From contig JAJXXS010000289.1 in NCBI GenBank assembly GCA_021780975.1, forward strand, positions 1-26,553: DNA of 26,553 bases, written 5' to 3'. The translations under genes were made by a program, and so were the position numbers. The stretch is from Pseudomonadota bacterium (GTDB lineage Bacteria; Pseudomonadota; Gammaproteobacteria; Burkholderiales; Thiobacillaceae). Below are positions 19,201 through 26,553 of this stretch, in pieces. Under the pieces are notes generated by a model that made no database searches, was not told the origin of the DNA, and was given only the letters and a program-made list of their open reading frames with translations. Position 1 is the first letter of the stretch; the number at the start of each line of letters is the position of its first letter.

Positions 19201-20201
19201 GCCTTCGGCTTGGAGCCGCGCCCGGTCGCACCCTCGTCGCGTATCTCCCCACCGGCGCCGGTCGCCGCGCCCGGAAACGGCGCGATGGCGGTAGGGTGGT
19301 TGTGCGTCTCCACCTTCATCAATATGTGGGTGGCCTCGCACGCATAGCCATAGGCCCCATCGGCGCCCGGGTAGAAGCGCTCGATCTCTGCGCCCTCGAT
19401 CACCGACGCGTTGTCTTCGTAGGCGGACAGCGTGCCGCGGGGGTGGGCCGCGTGGGTGGCGCGTATCATGGAGAACAGGCTGGTTGCCTGCGGCGCGCCA
19501 TCGATGACCCAGGCGGCGTTGAAAATCTTGTGGCGGCAATGCTCGGAATTGGCCTGGGCGAACATCATCAGCTCAACGTCCGTGGGATTGCGCCCCAGGC
19601 GCTGGAAGTTCTCCACCAGGTAATCGATCTCGTCGTCCGACAGGGCGAGGCCGAACTCGCGATTGGCAGCCGCCAGCGCCGGCCGTCCCCCCGCCATCAC
19701 GTCCACCTCGGCATAAAGCTTGGGCTCCAGGTGCTGGAACAGCGCCGCAGCATCCTGCGGCGACTGCAGCACGCTCTCGGTCATGCGGTCGTGCAGGGCG
19801 GGCAAGAGCCGCTCCAGTTCCTCCCCCGCGAAAAACTCGCCGGACGGGTTCTCCAGCAGATACGCAATGCCGCGCTCAGCGCGCACCACCTTGCCAAGAC
19901 CGCAGTTGTGCAGGATGTCGGTGGCCTTGGACGACCACGGCGACACCGTGCCGAGGCGCGGCACCACCACCAGCGCGGTGCCGTCGTAGCCTGGCGGCTC
20001 CGGCGCCGGCGCATAGTCCAGCGCCGTCTCCAGGATTTCCTGCTCGCGGCTGTCCAGTTCCTCGCGCACTTCCACGAAATGCCAGTAGTGGGTATGCACG
20101 CGCCCCAGGGCGGTGCCGTTGCGCGCCGCCTGAGCGCGGATCTTCTCGATGCGGAACGGTGACAGCGCGGTGCCGCCGCGCAGGTAGAGGATATGGGCCA
20201 T
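16248..20201 (-). CDS. purL: Phosphoribosylformylglycinamidine synthase, large single-chain type, 1317 aa
   Basis: [72 protein letters not shown], and glutaminase domain [22 protein letters not shown]. Confidence 0.98.
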   Translation of the reverse strand: MAHILYLRGGTALSPFRIEKIRAQAARNGTALGRVHTHYWHFVEVREELDSREQEILETALDYAPAPEPPGYDGTALVVVPRLGTVSPWSSKATDILHNCGLGKVVRAERGIAYLLENPSGEFFAGEELERLLPALHDRMTESVLQSPQDAAALFQHLEPKLYAEVDVMAGGRPALAAANREFGLALSDDEIDYLVENFQRLGRNPTDVELMMFAQANSEHCRHKIFNAAWVIDGAPQATSLFSMIRATHAAHPRGTLSAYEDNASVIEGAEIERFYPGADGAYGYACEATHILMKVETHNHPTAIAPFPGAATGAGGEIRDEGATGRGSKPKAGLAGFSVSNLNIPGWPQPWEAQPYGRPGRIVSALDIMIEGPIGAAAFNNEFGRPNLAGYFRTFEETFNGERRGYHKPIMLAGGVGSISADHVHKQPLPAGALLIQLGGPGLLIGLGGGAASSMSTGANTEDLDFDSVQRGNPEMQRRAQEVIDRCWQQGADNPILSIHDVGAGGLSNALPELVHGGGRGGRFELRAVPLEASGMSPREIWCNEAQERYVLAITPERLADFEAYCRRERCPYAVLGEATAEGLLQVSDSHFHNWPVNVPLEVILGKPPKMTRQVEHVPSERSPLQLAGIDLKEAALRVLRMPGVASKQFLISIGDRSVGGLTARDQNVGPWQVPVADCAITVMGYKTLQGEAFALGEKAPLALLDAPAAGRMAVAEALTNLAAASVDSLAEIKLSANWMAPAGHPGEDADLYDTVEAVSRYCQELGISIPVGKDSMSMKTVWREAGQDKAVIAPISLVVSAFARTPDAARHLTPQLRTDAGDTDLILIDLGLGKNRLGASSFAQAYKQVGDSCPDAPDAARMQAFFTTLQMLQREGRILAYHDRSDGGLFACLAEMAFAGRCGVDLDVDELCYDKIRLDVEEAGEAEPEVNPGTYSERLFSVLFNEEAGAVLQVRRRDTPAVMAAFFGAGLRSEFHIVGTLNALDILRVFRLDACVYEERRTVLQAAWTETSYQVARLRDNPACAEQEYARQAEANDPGLACALSFDPAADVAAPYVGRGARPRVAILREQGVNGHVEMAAAFERAGFAAHDVHMSDILSGHTRLADFHGMAACGGFSYGDVLGAGGGWAKSILFNAQARDEFAAFFARTDTFALGVCNGCQMMSQLHELIPGAEAWPRFERNLSEQFEARFVMVEVLHSPSLFFAGMQGSRLPIVVSHGEGRVAYREPAHAGAAIAALRYVDHHGRPTEVYPLNPNGSAGGATAFTTADGRFTILMPHPERAFRAVQLSWRPDGLGEDGPWLRMFRNARAWLG

Positions 20202-20227
20202 GGGCGAGTGGAACGGCGGAAAGCGCC

Positions 20228-20233
20228 ATTTTA
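20228..20233 (-). promoter_or_regulatory. Putative -10 element (TAAAAT) of purL
   Basis: Minus strand GGG-TAAAAT-GGCG, 26 nt upstream of the purL ATG. No clear -35. Confidence 0.4.
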
Positions 20234-20517
20234 CCCGAGGCGGCGGCCACCCTCATTTTTCAGCGCTCGGGCAAAAACCCCGCTACACTTGCGAACAAGC
20301 CAGGCGCTGGAAGCCTTGCGGCCTGGAGCGATGATGGCCAGCCAAGGGGAAGCGCGGACAGGTTTTCGGCGTTTCGCGACGCATGGCGCGCCTATGCAAT
20401 GCGAAGCCCGGGAAACATCATCCGCTCCCCTCCTGCTGGCGCGGCAGCGCCCTGCAAGGCGCTAACGGCTCCCAGCATTCCCGGCATCCTCCCCTGCTCA
20501 ATTCAACGAGGCGCGAC

Positions 20518-21534
20518 ATGATACTGGTTACCGGCGGCGCCGGTTACATCGGCTCCCATACCGTGGTGCAGTTGCTGGAAGCTGGCCAGCAGGTGCTCAT
20601 CCTCGACAATCTTTCCAACAGCAAGCCGATGGTGCTGCAGCGCATCGCGCGCATCACCGGCCGGCAGGCGGAATTTGTCGAAGGCGACGTGCGCGACCAG
20701 CGCCTGCTAGATTACCTGTTCCGCGAATATCCCCTCAGGGCGGTCATCCACTTCGCCGGCCTCAAGGCGGTGGGCGAATCGGTCGCGCAGCCGCTGCGCT
20801 ACTACGAAAACAATGTGAGCGGCGGCATCGCGCTGTTCGACGCCATGCAGCGCGCCAACGTCAGGACGCTGGTGTTTTCTTCCTCGGCCACGGTGTATGG
20901 CGACCCCAAGAGCGTGCCGATCAGCGAGGATTTCCCCCTCTCCGCGACCAACCCCTATGGGCGCAGCAAGCTCATGATCGAGGACATCCTGCGCGATACC
21001 GCACTGGCCGATTCCGCCTGGCGCATCGCCCTGCTGCGCTACTTCAACCCTGTGGGGGCGCACGCATCCGGCCTCATCGGCGAGGATCCGCAGGGCATCC
21101 CCAACAACCTCATGCCCTATGTCAGCCAGGTGGCCGTGGGCCTGCGGCCTTTTCTGCAGGTTTTCGGCGACGACTACGCCACTCCGGACGGCACGGGGGT
21201 ACGCGACTACATCCATGTCGTCGATCTTGCGCGCGGCCACCTCGCCGCCCTGACGGCGCTGGGAAAGCCCGATGCCGAGCCGATTCTGACCGTGAACCTG
21301 GGCACCGGGCGCGGCTACTCGGTGCTGGAAATGGTGGCCGCCTTCGCGCACGCCAGCGGACGCGAAGTGCCCTACCGTATCGTCGCCCGCAGACCCGGCG
21401 ATGTTGCCACCTGCTATGCCGACCCCGCTCGCGCTCGCCAGTTGCTGGGCTGGCAGGCGGAAAAATCGCTGGACGACATGTGCCAGGACGCCTGGCGCTG
21501 GCAGTCGCAGAATCCGCGCGGCTACGCAGCCTAG
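20518..21534 (+). CDS. galE: UDP-glucose 4-epimerase, 338 aa
   Basis: [41 protein letters not shown] (YxxxK), [49 protein letters not shown] 20518 has GAGG upstream; the ORF-track start at 20383 is an upstream extension. Confidence 0.97.
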   Translation: MILVTGGAGYIGSHTVVQLLEAGQQVLILDNLSNSKPMVLQRIARITGRQAEFVEGDVRDQRLLDYLFREYPLRAVIHFAGLKAVGESVAQPLRYYENNVSGGIALFDAMQRANVRTLVFSSSATVYGDPKSVPISEDFPLSATNPYGRSKLMIEDILRDTALADSAWRIALLRYFNPVGAHASGLIGEDPQGIPNNLMPYVSQVAVGLRPFLQVFGDDYATPDGTGVRDYIHVVDLARGHLAALTALGKPDAEPILTVNLGTGRGYSVLEMVAAFAHASGREVPYRIVARRPGDVATCYADPARARQLLGWQAEKSLDDMCQDAWRWQSQNPRGYAA

Positions 21535-21639
21535 CGGTCTGCGTCCGCCACGCGGAGCGCGGCAGGACACTAAGGGAACCCTAAGCCAGTTGCACGATAA
21601 TCCGCCCCTCCATTTAACATCAACGCCCAGATCGCGACG

Positions 21640-22221
21640 ATGACGACACAGCCAGCCTTCCACCGACGCACGCAAATCCTCCACAATCTGGTCGCCCTCC
21701 TGGTCACCGCGCAACTGGCCATCGGCGCCCTCATGCACCCGCCGCACCGTGGCGAACCCCACAGCACCCTGTTCCAACTGCACGAAGTGCTGGGACTGGC
21801 CAGCCTCGCACTGGTGGCGGCATTCGTCTTCTGGATCGCCGTGCGCCGCGTCGATACCCCGGCGCGGCAGCTATTCCCCTGGTTCGGGGCCGCACGCGCG
21901 CGCGCGCTTGGCCAGTTCGCGGCAGTGCTGCGCGGGTTATGGCACCGCCGCCTGCCGGAGCCTGACGCCACGGCGGATTTCGCTTCCGCCATCCATGGCC
22001 TCGGCCTGCTTGCCGCCATCGGCATGAGCGCGAGCGGCGGCCTCTACTGGCTCTTGACCGAAATCCTCGGCCACACGGGCAGCCTGCCGCATCAGATTGG
22101 CGAGTTTCACAGCACCCTGGCGAATCTGATGTGGGCTTACCTGGGAGGCCATGTCTTCATGGCCCTGTTGCATCAGTGGCTCGGCCACGGCACGCTCCTG
22201 CGCGTCATCGGCAAGCCCTGA
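21640..22221 (+). CDS. Di-heme cytochrome b561 / CybB-like membrane protein, 193 aa
   Basis: Four hydrophobic helices with His at canonical ligand positions: H15 (ILHN), H48 (QLHE), and H157/H171 14 residues apart in the last helix, followed by ALLHQ. Confidence 0.8.
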   Translation: MTTQPAFHRRTQILHNLVALLVTAQLAIGALMHPPHRGEPHSTLFQLHEVLGLASLALVAAFVFWIAVRRVDTPARQLFPWFGAARARALGQFAAVLRGLWHRRLPEPDATADFASAIHGLGLLAAIGMSASGGLYWLLTEILGHTGSLPHQIGEFHSTLANLMWAYLGGHVFMALLHQWLGHGTLLRVIGKP

Positions 22222-22236
22222 TTTCGCCGGCGGACC

Positions 22237-24231
22237 ATGGACATCCAGCACTGGGTCCATCAGTTCACCGCCTTCGTCTCCCTGCACCCGCACTGGGCCG
22301 GCGCCATTGCCTTCCTTACGGCGATGGCGGAGGCCATCGCCCTCGTCGGTCTGCTGGTGCCGGGAACCTCCATCCTCATCGGCATCGGCGCCCTGGTGGG
22401 ACTGGGTCATCTGGCGCTGTGGCCCATCCTGATCTGGGCCGCGCTCGGCGCCATCGCCGGAGATGGCCTCTCCTACTGGCTAGGGCGCCGCTACCACGAG
22501 ACCCTGCGCTCCCTGTGGCCCTTCTCGCGCCATCCCGAGTGGCTGCGCCAGGGGGAGGCCTATTTCCGGGAAAAAGGTGCCATGAGCGTGGTGCTGGGGA
22601 GATTCTTCCCCGTGCTGCGTTCCGTCGTGCCGGCGGTGGCCGGCATGCTCAACATGCCGCCTGCACGTTTCTATGTGGTCAATATCCTTTCCGCCCTGTT
22701 ATGGTCGCCGGCGCATATCCTGCCCGGCGCGCTGGCGGGCGCCGCCCTGGCGCGCCTGGGTGACATCAGCGCGCGGCTGGTGGTGCTCCTGTTTGCATTG
22801 CTGCTGCTGACCGTGCTGTTGGACTGGCTGTTGCGCGTCGCCTTCGCCTTCTCGCGCCGCCTGTACGGCTGGGCTGGCGGTCCGCTGGAACGCTGGGCCG
22901 AGGGTCGCCAAGGTTCCTGGGCCAGCCTCGCACGCTGGCTGACAGCCCCCGACCTCGCGCCGTCACGGCTCGCCGCCGTCGGCGCGCTCGCCCTGACCGC
23001 GCTGCTCGCGCTGGTTGCCTGGCTGAGCCAGGCGGTGCTGCAACAGCAAACCCTCGCCATGAATCAGGCGCTGAGCCACGCCGCCGGCCTCCTGCGCACG
23101 CCCTGGACCGACGCCCTCATGCTCGCCTTCAGTGCGCTGGGCGACGCGCCCGTGGCCCTGGGGGTGGCCGCCGTCGCCATCGTCTGGCTGCTGCTGCATC
23201 GGCAAGGCCGCGTAAGCGGATATTTCCTTGCCGGCCTCGGCCTCGCCTGGCTTTTCGTCACCCTCTTCAAGAACGGCCTCGCCCTGGCGCGGCCGCACGG
23301 TGTGGGCCTGGACGCCTACCCCAGCGGCCATGCCACCTTTGCCGCCAGCCTCTACGGCATGACAGGCAGCCTGCTGCTGCAGAGCCTGGGCTGGCGCCGC
23401 GCCCGCTTCTGGCTCGCCCCCCTCATGCTGCTGGTGGGCCTCATCGCGCTCGCGCGCATCTACCTTCAGGTCCACTGGCCCAGCGACGTGCTGGCGGGGC
23501 TGGCGTTCGGGCTGGCGATGAGCCTGGCACTGGGCCTGCTGGTCGCGCCCCTCCCCCCGCTGACCATACATCCGCGCGCCTTCGCCGGCATCGTCCTGGC
23601 GACCCTGCTGCTGCTGGGGACCTGGCACGTGCCCGCCACCCTGGGTGCGCGCCTGGACACCCTCAAAGCGCAGCATGCGCACGAAACGGAACTCGGCGCC
23701 CCCTGGCGCGCCGCTGGCTGGCACCAGCTTCCCCTTTATCGCATCGACCTGGTAGGAGCCCGAGAGGAGCCCATCCTGCTGCAATGGCGCGGCGACGCTG
23801 CCAGCCTGGAAACAGCGCTGGAACGACAGGGCTGGCAGCAGCCGCCTTCCTGGGATTCCTTCCGTCCAGCCACGTTGTTGCAGGTTGCCGGCGATGTCCT
23901 CGCCCTGCCCGTCATGCCCATGCTCAACGACGGCCGCGCACCCCGCCTGACCCTCATCCGGCGCGCCGCAGTACGCGGCAAGGAGGGCAGGCTGGTGCTG
24001 TACGCCTGGGCCTCGGGCTATGTCTCTGCGGGAAAACCGATATTCGTCGCGGCCATGCGCTTCGAGCGCGCCCACCATCCCTTCTCCAGCGCTACCCTCC
24101 TGCTGCCCGACGACAAACTCAGCTGCAGCGGCGACCCCCTGTTGCTGGCGCTCCCGCGCGCGCGCGCCGTCGGCCCGCCGCTACCCGGGAAGGAAGGCAT
24201 GTGCGGAGGACGGCTGGTGCTGGCGGAATGA
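22237..24231 (+). CDS. DedA(VTT)-PAP2 phosphatase-LssY_C fusion membrane protein, 664 aa
   Basis: DedA domain: AEAIALVGLLVPG, GAIAGDGLSYWLGR, LGRFFPVLRSVVPAVAG. PAP2 domain: KNGLALARP, YPSGH, ARIYLQVHWPSDVLAG. C-terminal LssY-like region: EEPILLQWRG...LETALERQGW...LPVMPMLNDGR. Confidence 0.88.
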   Translation: MDIQHWVHQFTAFVSLHPHWAGAIAFLTAMAEAIALVGLLVPGTSILIGIGALVGLGHLALWPILIWAALGAIAGDGLSYWLGRRYHETLRSLWPFSRHPEWLRQGEAYFREKGAMSVVLGRFFPVLRSVVPAVAGMLNMPPARFYVVNILSALLWSPAHILPGALAGAALARLGDISARLVVLLFALLLLTVLLDWLLRVAFAFSRRLYGWAGGPLERWAEGRQGSWASLARWLTAPDLAPSRLAAVGALALTALLALVAWLSQAVLQQQTLAMNQALSHAAGLLRTPWTDALMLAFSALGDAPVALGVAAVAIVWLLLHRQGRVSGYFLAGLGLAWLFVTLFKNGLALARPHGVGLDAYPSGHATFAASLYGMTGSLLLQSLGWRRARFWLAPLMLLVGLIALARIYLQVHWPSDVLAGLAFGLAMSLALGLLVAPLPPLTIHPRAFAGIVLATLLLLGTWHVPATLGARLDTLKAQHAHETELGAPWRAAGWHQLPLYRIDLVGAREEPILLQWRGDAASLETALERQGWQQPPSWDSFRPATLLQVAGDVLALPVMPMLNDGRAPRLTLIRRAAVRGKEGRLVLYAWASGYVSAGKPIFVAAMRFERAHHPFSSATLLLPDDKLSCSGDPLLLALPRARAVGPPLPGKEGMCGGRLVLAE

Positions 24232-24398
24232 CCTACCGCATCGCGTTGTTTGGAGGCAGCCTGATCCGGCAGGACAGCGCTCACACTCCGCTCATGACTG
24301 ACACATTTCTGGGCTGGTTTGATGGCATCCGCCTTGACGAACTCCAGCCCCCCACAGAAATACCAGCAAAAGCGAAGGCATTTCTCGCTACGCCATGA
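24228..24398 (+). CDS. Hypothetical 56-aa ORF coupled to the DedA-PAP2 gene
   Basis: MTYRIALFGGSLIRQDSAHTPLMTDTFLGWFDGIRLDELQPPTEIPAKAKAFLATP. ATGA overlap with the upstream stop codon; no family recognised and SD is weak. Confidence 0.25.
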   Translation: MTYRIALFGGSLIRQDSAHTPLMTDTFLGWFDGIRLDELQPPTEIPAKAKAFLATP

Positions 24399-24498
24399 TG
24401 CTCCCATGCTGGCGAGGGAACTGGCTTCTCGAAAACTGCCGCAAATATCCCCCGGCAGGGAGGCCTCCTTTGATAGGCTAGGCAGTCGGGGCGCAAGA

Positions 24499-24531
24499 TT
24501 TTCACAAGTTTGTCATAATAACGTCATAAAT
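24499..24531 (+). promoter_or_regulatory. Pho box (PhoB binding site), three 11-bp units
   Basis: TTTTCACAAGT / TTGTCATAATA / ACGTCATAAAT matches the CTGTCAT-A(A/T)A(T/A) consensus at 11-bp periodicity, directly upstream of pstC. Confidence 0.8.
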
Positions 24532-24607
24532 CACGGGCCTAATGGCACGGCTGAACTATCTGCGGGCGCGCCTGCCCTTGGGGGGCACCCGGTCGAACCA
24601 GGCCACC

Positions 24608-25597
24608 ATGAGTTCCGTAACCTTACCGAAAATCGCCGATCGACCCCAAGTGCGCACCTTCCCGACCGCCCTGCAAATCCAGGACATGCTGTTCCGCCTG
24701 GCCACCCGCGGTTTCGCGCTCCTCGTCCTGCTCATCCTGCTGGGCATCGTCGCTTCCCTGGTCATCGGCAGCCTGCCATCCATCCACGCGTTCGGGTGGC
24801 GCTTCATCACCACCGAGACCTGGGATCCCGTCGACAACGTCTTCGGCGCACTAGGCCCCATCGTCGGCACACTCGTGACTTCGGTGATAGCGCTCGTCAT
24901 CGGCATCCCCCTGAGCTTTGGCATCGCCATTTTCCTCACCGAACAGGCACCGCGCTGGCTGCGCCGCCCCCTGGGCATCGCCGTCGAATTGCTGGCGGGA
25001 ATTCCCAGCATCATCTATGGGATGTGGGGATTGTTCGTTTTCGCCCCCGTGTTCGCGGAAAAGGTGGAGCCCAAGATCACCGCCTGGCTTGGGCCCCTGC
25101 CCCTCATCGGGCCACTCTTCAACGGTCCGCCCATCGGCATAGGCGTACTTTCGGCCGGGCTGGTGCTGGCTGTCATGATCATTCCCTTCATCGCCGCCGT
25201 GATGCGTGACGTCTTTGAAGTGGTCCCCCCCATGCTCAAGGAATCCGCCTATGGCGTCGGCGCCACCACCTGGGAAGTGGTCTGGAACGTGGTGCTGCCC
25301 TACACGCGGGTCGGCGTCGTGGGTGGCATCATGCTGGGGCTGGGACGCGCGCTGGGTGAAACCATGGCGGTCACCTTCATCATCGGCAACTCGCACGACC
25401 TCAACCTTTCCCTTCTCATGCCGGGAACGACCATCTCGGCGGCGCTGGCAAACGAATTCACCGAGGCGGAGGGCAAGCTCTATACCGCTTCCCTCATCGA
25501 GCTTGGCCTGATCCTCTTCATCATCACCTTCGTCGTGCTGGCCATCTCCAAGCTCATGCTGCTGCAGCTGGCCAAGAAGGAAGGCACCAAGACCTGA
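24608..25597 (+). CDS. pstC: Phosphate ABC transporter permease PstC, 329 aa
   Basis: [77 protein letters not shown] 24608 is preferred over 24542, which is too close to the Pho box. Confidence 0.96.
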   Translation: MSSVTLPKIADRPQVRTFPTALQIQDMLFRLATRGFALLVLLILLGIVASLVIGSLPSIHAFGWRFITTETWDPVDNVFGALGPIVGTLVTSVIALVIGIPLSFGIAIFLTEQAPRWLRRPLGIAVELLAGIPSIIYGMWGLFVFAPVFAEKVEPKITAWLGPLPLIGPLFNGPPIGIGVLSAGLVLAVMIIPFIAAVMRDVFEVVPPMLKESAYGVGATTWEVVWNVVLPYTRVGVVGGIMLGLGRALGETMAVTFIIGNSHDLNLSLLMPGTTISAALANEFTEAEGKLYTASLIELGLILFIITFVVLAISKLMLLQLAKKEGTKT

Positions 25598-25598
25598 G

Positions 25599-26441
25599 AT
25601 GATTCCCCTCTACCTGCGCCGCCGCCTCATCAACCGCTTCAACATGCTGGCATCGCTGGCCACCATGGCCGTCGGGCTGGGCGTGCTGGGATGGATTCTG
25701 GTCACCCTGCTGCAAAAGGGGCTCGCCGGCATCACCTGGCCGACCTTCAGCCAGATGACCCCCCCGCCCGGCAGCCCCGGCGGCCTGCTCAACGCCATCG
25801 CTGGCAGCGTGATGATGACTCTGGGCGCGGTGGCCATCGGCACCCCCGTCGGCATTCTGGCAGGCACTTATCTGGCCGAATTCGGGCAGCGCGGCTGGCT
25901 GGCTCCCGTCACCCGCTTCATCAACGACATCCTGCTGTCGGCGCCCTCCATTGTCATCGGCCTGTTCGTATACGAGTTGATGGTGGTGCGCATGAAGCAT
26001 TTCTCCGGCTGGGCCGGTGCCGTCGCGCTCGCGATCATCGTCATTCCGGTGGTCGTGCGCACCACGGAAAACATGCTGCGCCTGGTGCCCAACAGCCTGC
26101 GCGAGGCATCCGCCGCCCTGGGGGCGCCACAATGGAAGATCGTGACCTTCGTCACCCTCAAGGCCTCGCAGGCCGGCATCATCACGGGCGTGCTCCTGGC
26201 GGTGGCGCGCATCAGCGGCGAAACGGCACCGCTGCTCTTCACCGCCCTGAACAATCAATTCTGGTCCGTCAACATGAACAGCCCCATGGCCAACCTTCCG
26301 GTGGCCATCTTCCAGATGGCCATGAGCCCGTATGACGACTGGCATCATCTGGCCTGGGCAGGCGCTCTTCTCATCACCTTTGCCGTGCTGGCCCTCAGCA
26401 TCGTGGCACGCAGCCTTTTCCGGCAGAAGCACAAGCTATGA
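25599..26441 (+). CDS. pstA: Phosphate ABC transporter permease PstA, 280 aa
   Basis: [82 protein letters not shown]. Starts 1 nt after the pstC stop. Confidence 0.96.
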   Translation: MIPLYLRRRLINRFNMLASLATMAVGLGVLGWILVTLLQKGLAGITWPTFSQMTPPPGSPGGLLNAIAGSVMMTLGAVAIGTPVGILAGTYLAEFGQRGWLAPVTRFINDILLSAPSIVIGLFVYELMVVRMKHFSGWAGAVALAIIVIPVVVRTTENMLRLVPNSLREASAALGAPQWKIVTFVTLKASQAGIITGVLLAVARISGETAPLLFTALNNQFWSVNMNSPMANLPVAIFQMAMSPYDDWHHLAWAGALLITFAVLALSIVARSLFRQKHKL

Positions 26442-26553
26442 ACGACACAGCCATGGATGCCAGCAGCAGCACCGCCGCACGCACCAAGATCCGCGCGCGC
26501 AACTTCAACTTCTACTACGGCAAGTTCCACGCCCTGAAGAATATCAACCTGGA
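26438..26553 (+). CDS. pstB: Phosphate ABC transporter ATP-binding protein PstB (5' part, truncated by the window edge)
   Basis: [38 protein letters not shown] matches the PstB N-terminus. ATGA overlap with the pstA stop. Confidence 0.9.
   Translation, partial: MNDTAMDASSSTAARTKIRARNFNFYYGKFHALKNINL

Noticed and set aside
20299-20430. ZMP/ZTP riboswitch upstream of purL (GGGGAGC and CGCCTGG seen on the minus strand)
   Set aside because: The 5' GYGACTGGCG element and P2 stem are missing, and the probable purL -10 lies downstream of these motifs.
20383-20517. ORF-track N-terminal extensions of galE (20383), pyrD (1953) and pstC (24542)
   Set aside because: The extensions are low-complexity and non-homologous. 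Downstream ATGs match the family N-termini and fit the promoter or SD positions better.
24228-24301. NadD/CoaD-like N-terminus (RIALFGGS) as a nucleotidyltransferase pseudogene
   Set aside because: Similarity stops after 8 residues. Even allowing a frameshift (SLDPAGQRSH), the FDPxHxGH motif is not recovered.
1-26553. tRNA, rRNA, CRISPR array, IS, integrase, prophage or defence genes
   Set aside because: I saw no cloverleaf or rRNA signatures, no periodic repeat-spacer array and no transposase or recombinase motifs. Nearly all the sequence is accounted for by core genes.

Overview
GC-rich, proteobacterial-looking chromosomal window (betaproteobacteria-like, by inference) made almost entirely of recognisable core genes. 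In order: 3' end of pmbA/tldE (+), prfC (-), pyrD and kup (+), a complete kdpFABCDE operon (-), purL followed closely by ppc (-), galE, a cytochrome b561-type gene, a DedA-PAP2-LssY_C fusion, then pstC-pstA and the start of pstB (+). I found no tRNA, rRNA, CRISPR array, transposase or integrase. The interesting signals are small and absent from the ORF track: (1) a 30-aa membrane peptide ORF heading the kdp operon, upstream of the also unlisted kdpF; (2) kdpE has no ATG/GTG/TTG start ahead of its first receiver beta-strand; (3) a possible leaderless uORF plus terminator (attenuator-like) upstream of prfC; (4) a KdpE box and a triple Pho box, the latter driving a pst operon that lacks pstS; (5) a cytochrome b / DedA-PAP2-LssY / small ORF cluster. 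All calls come from manual motif recognition; no database search was run.
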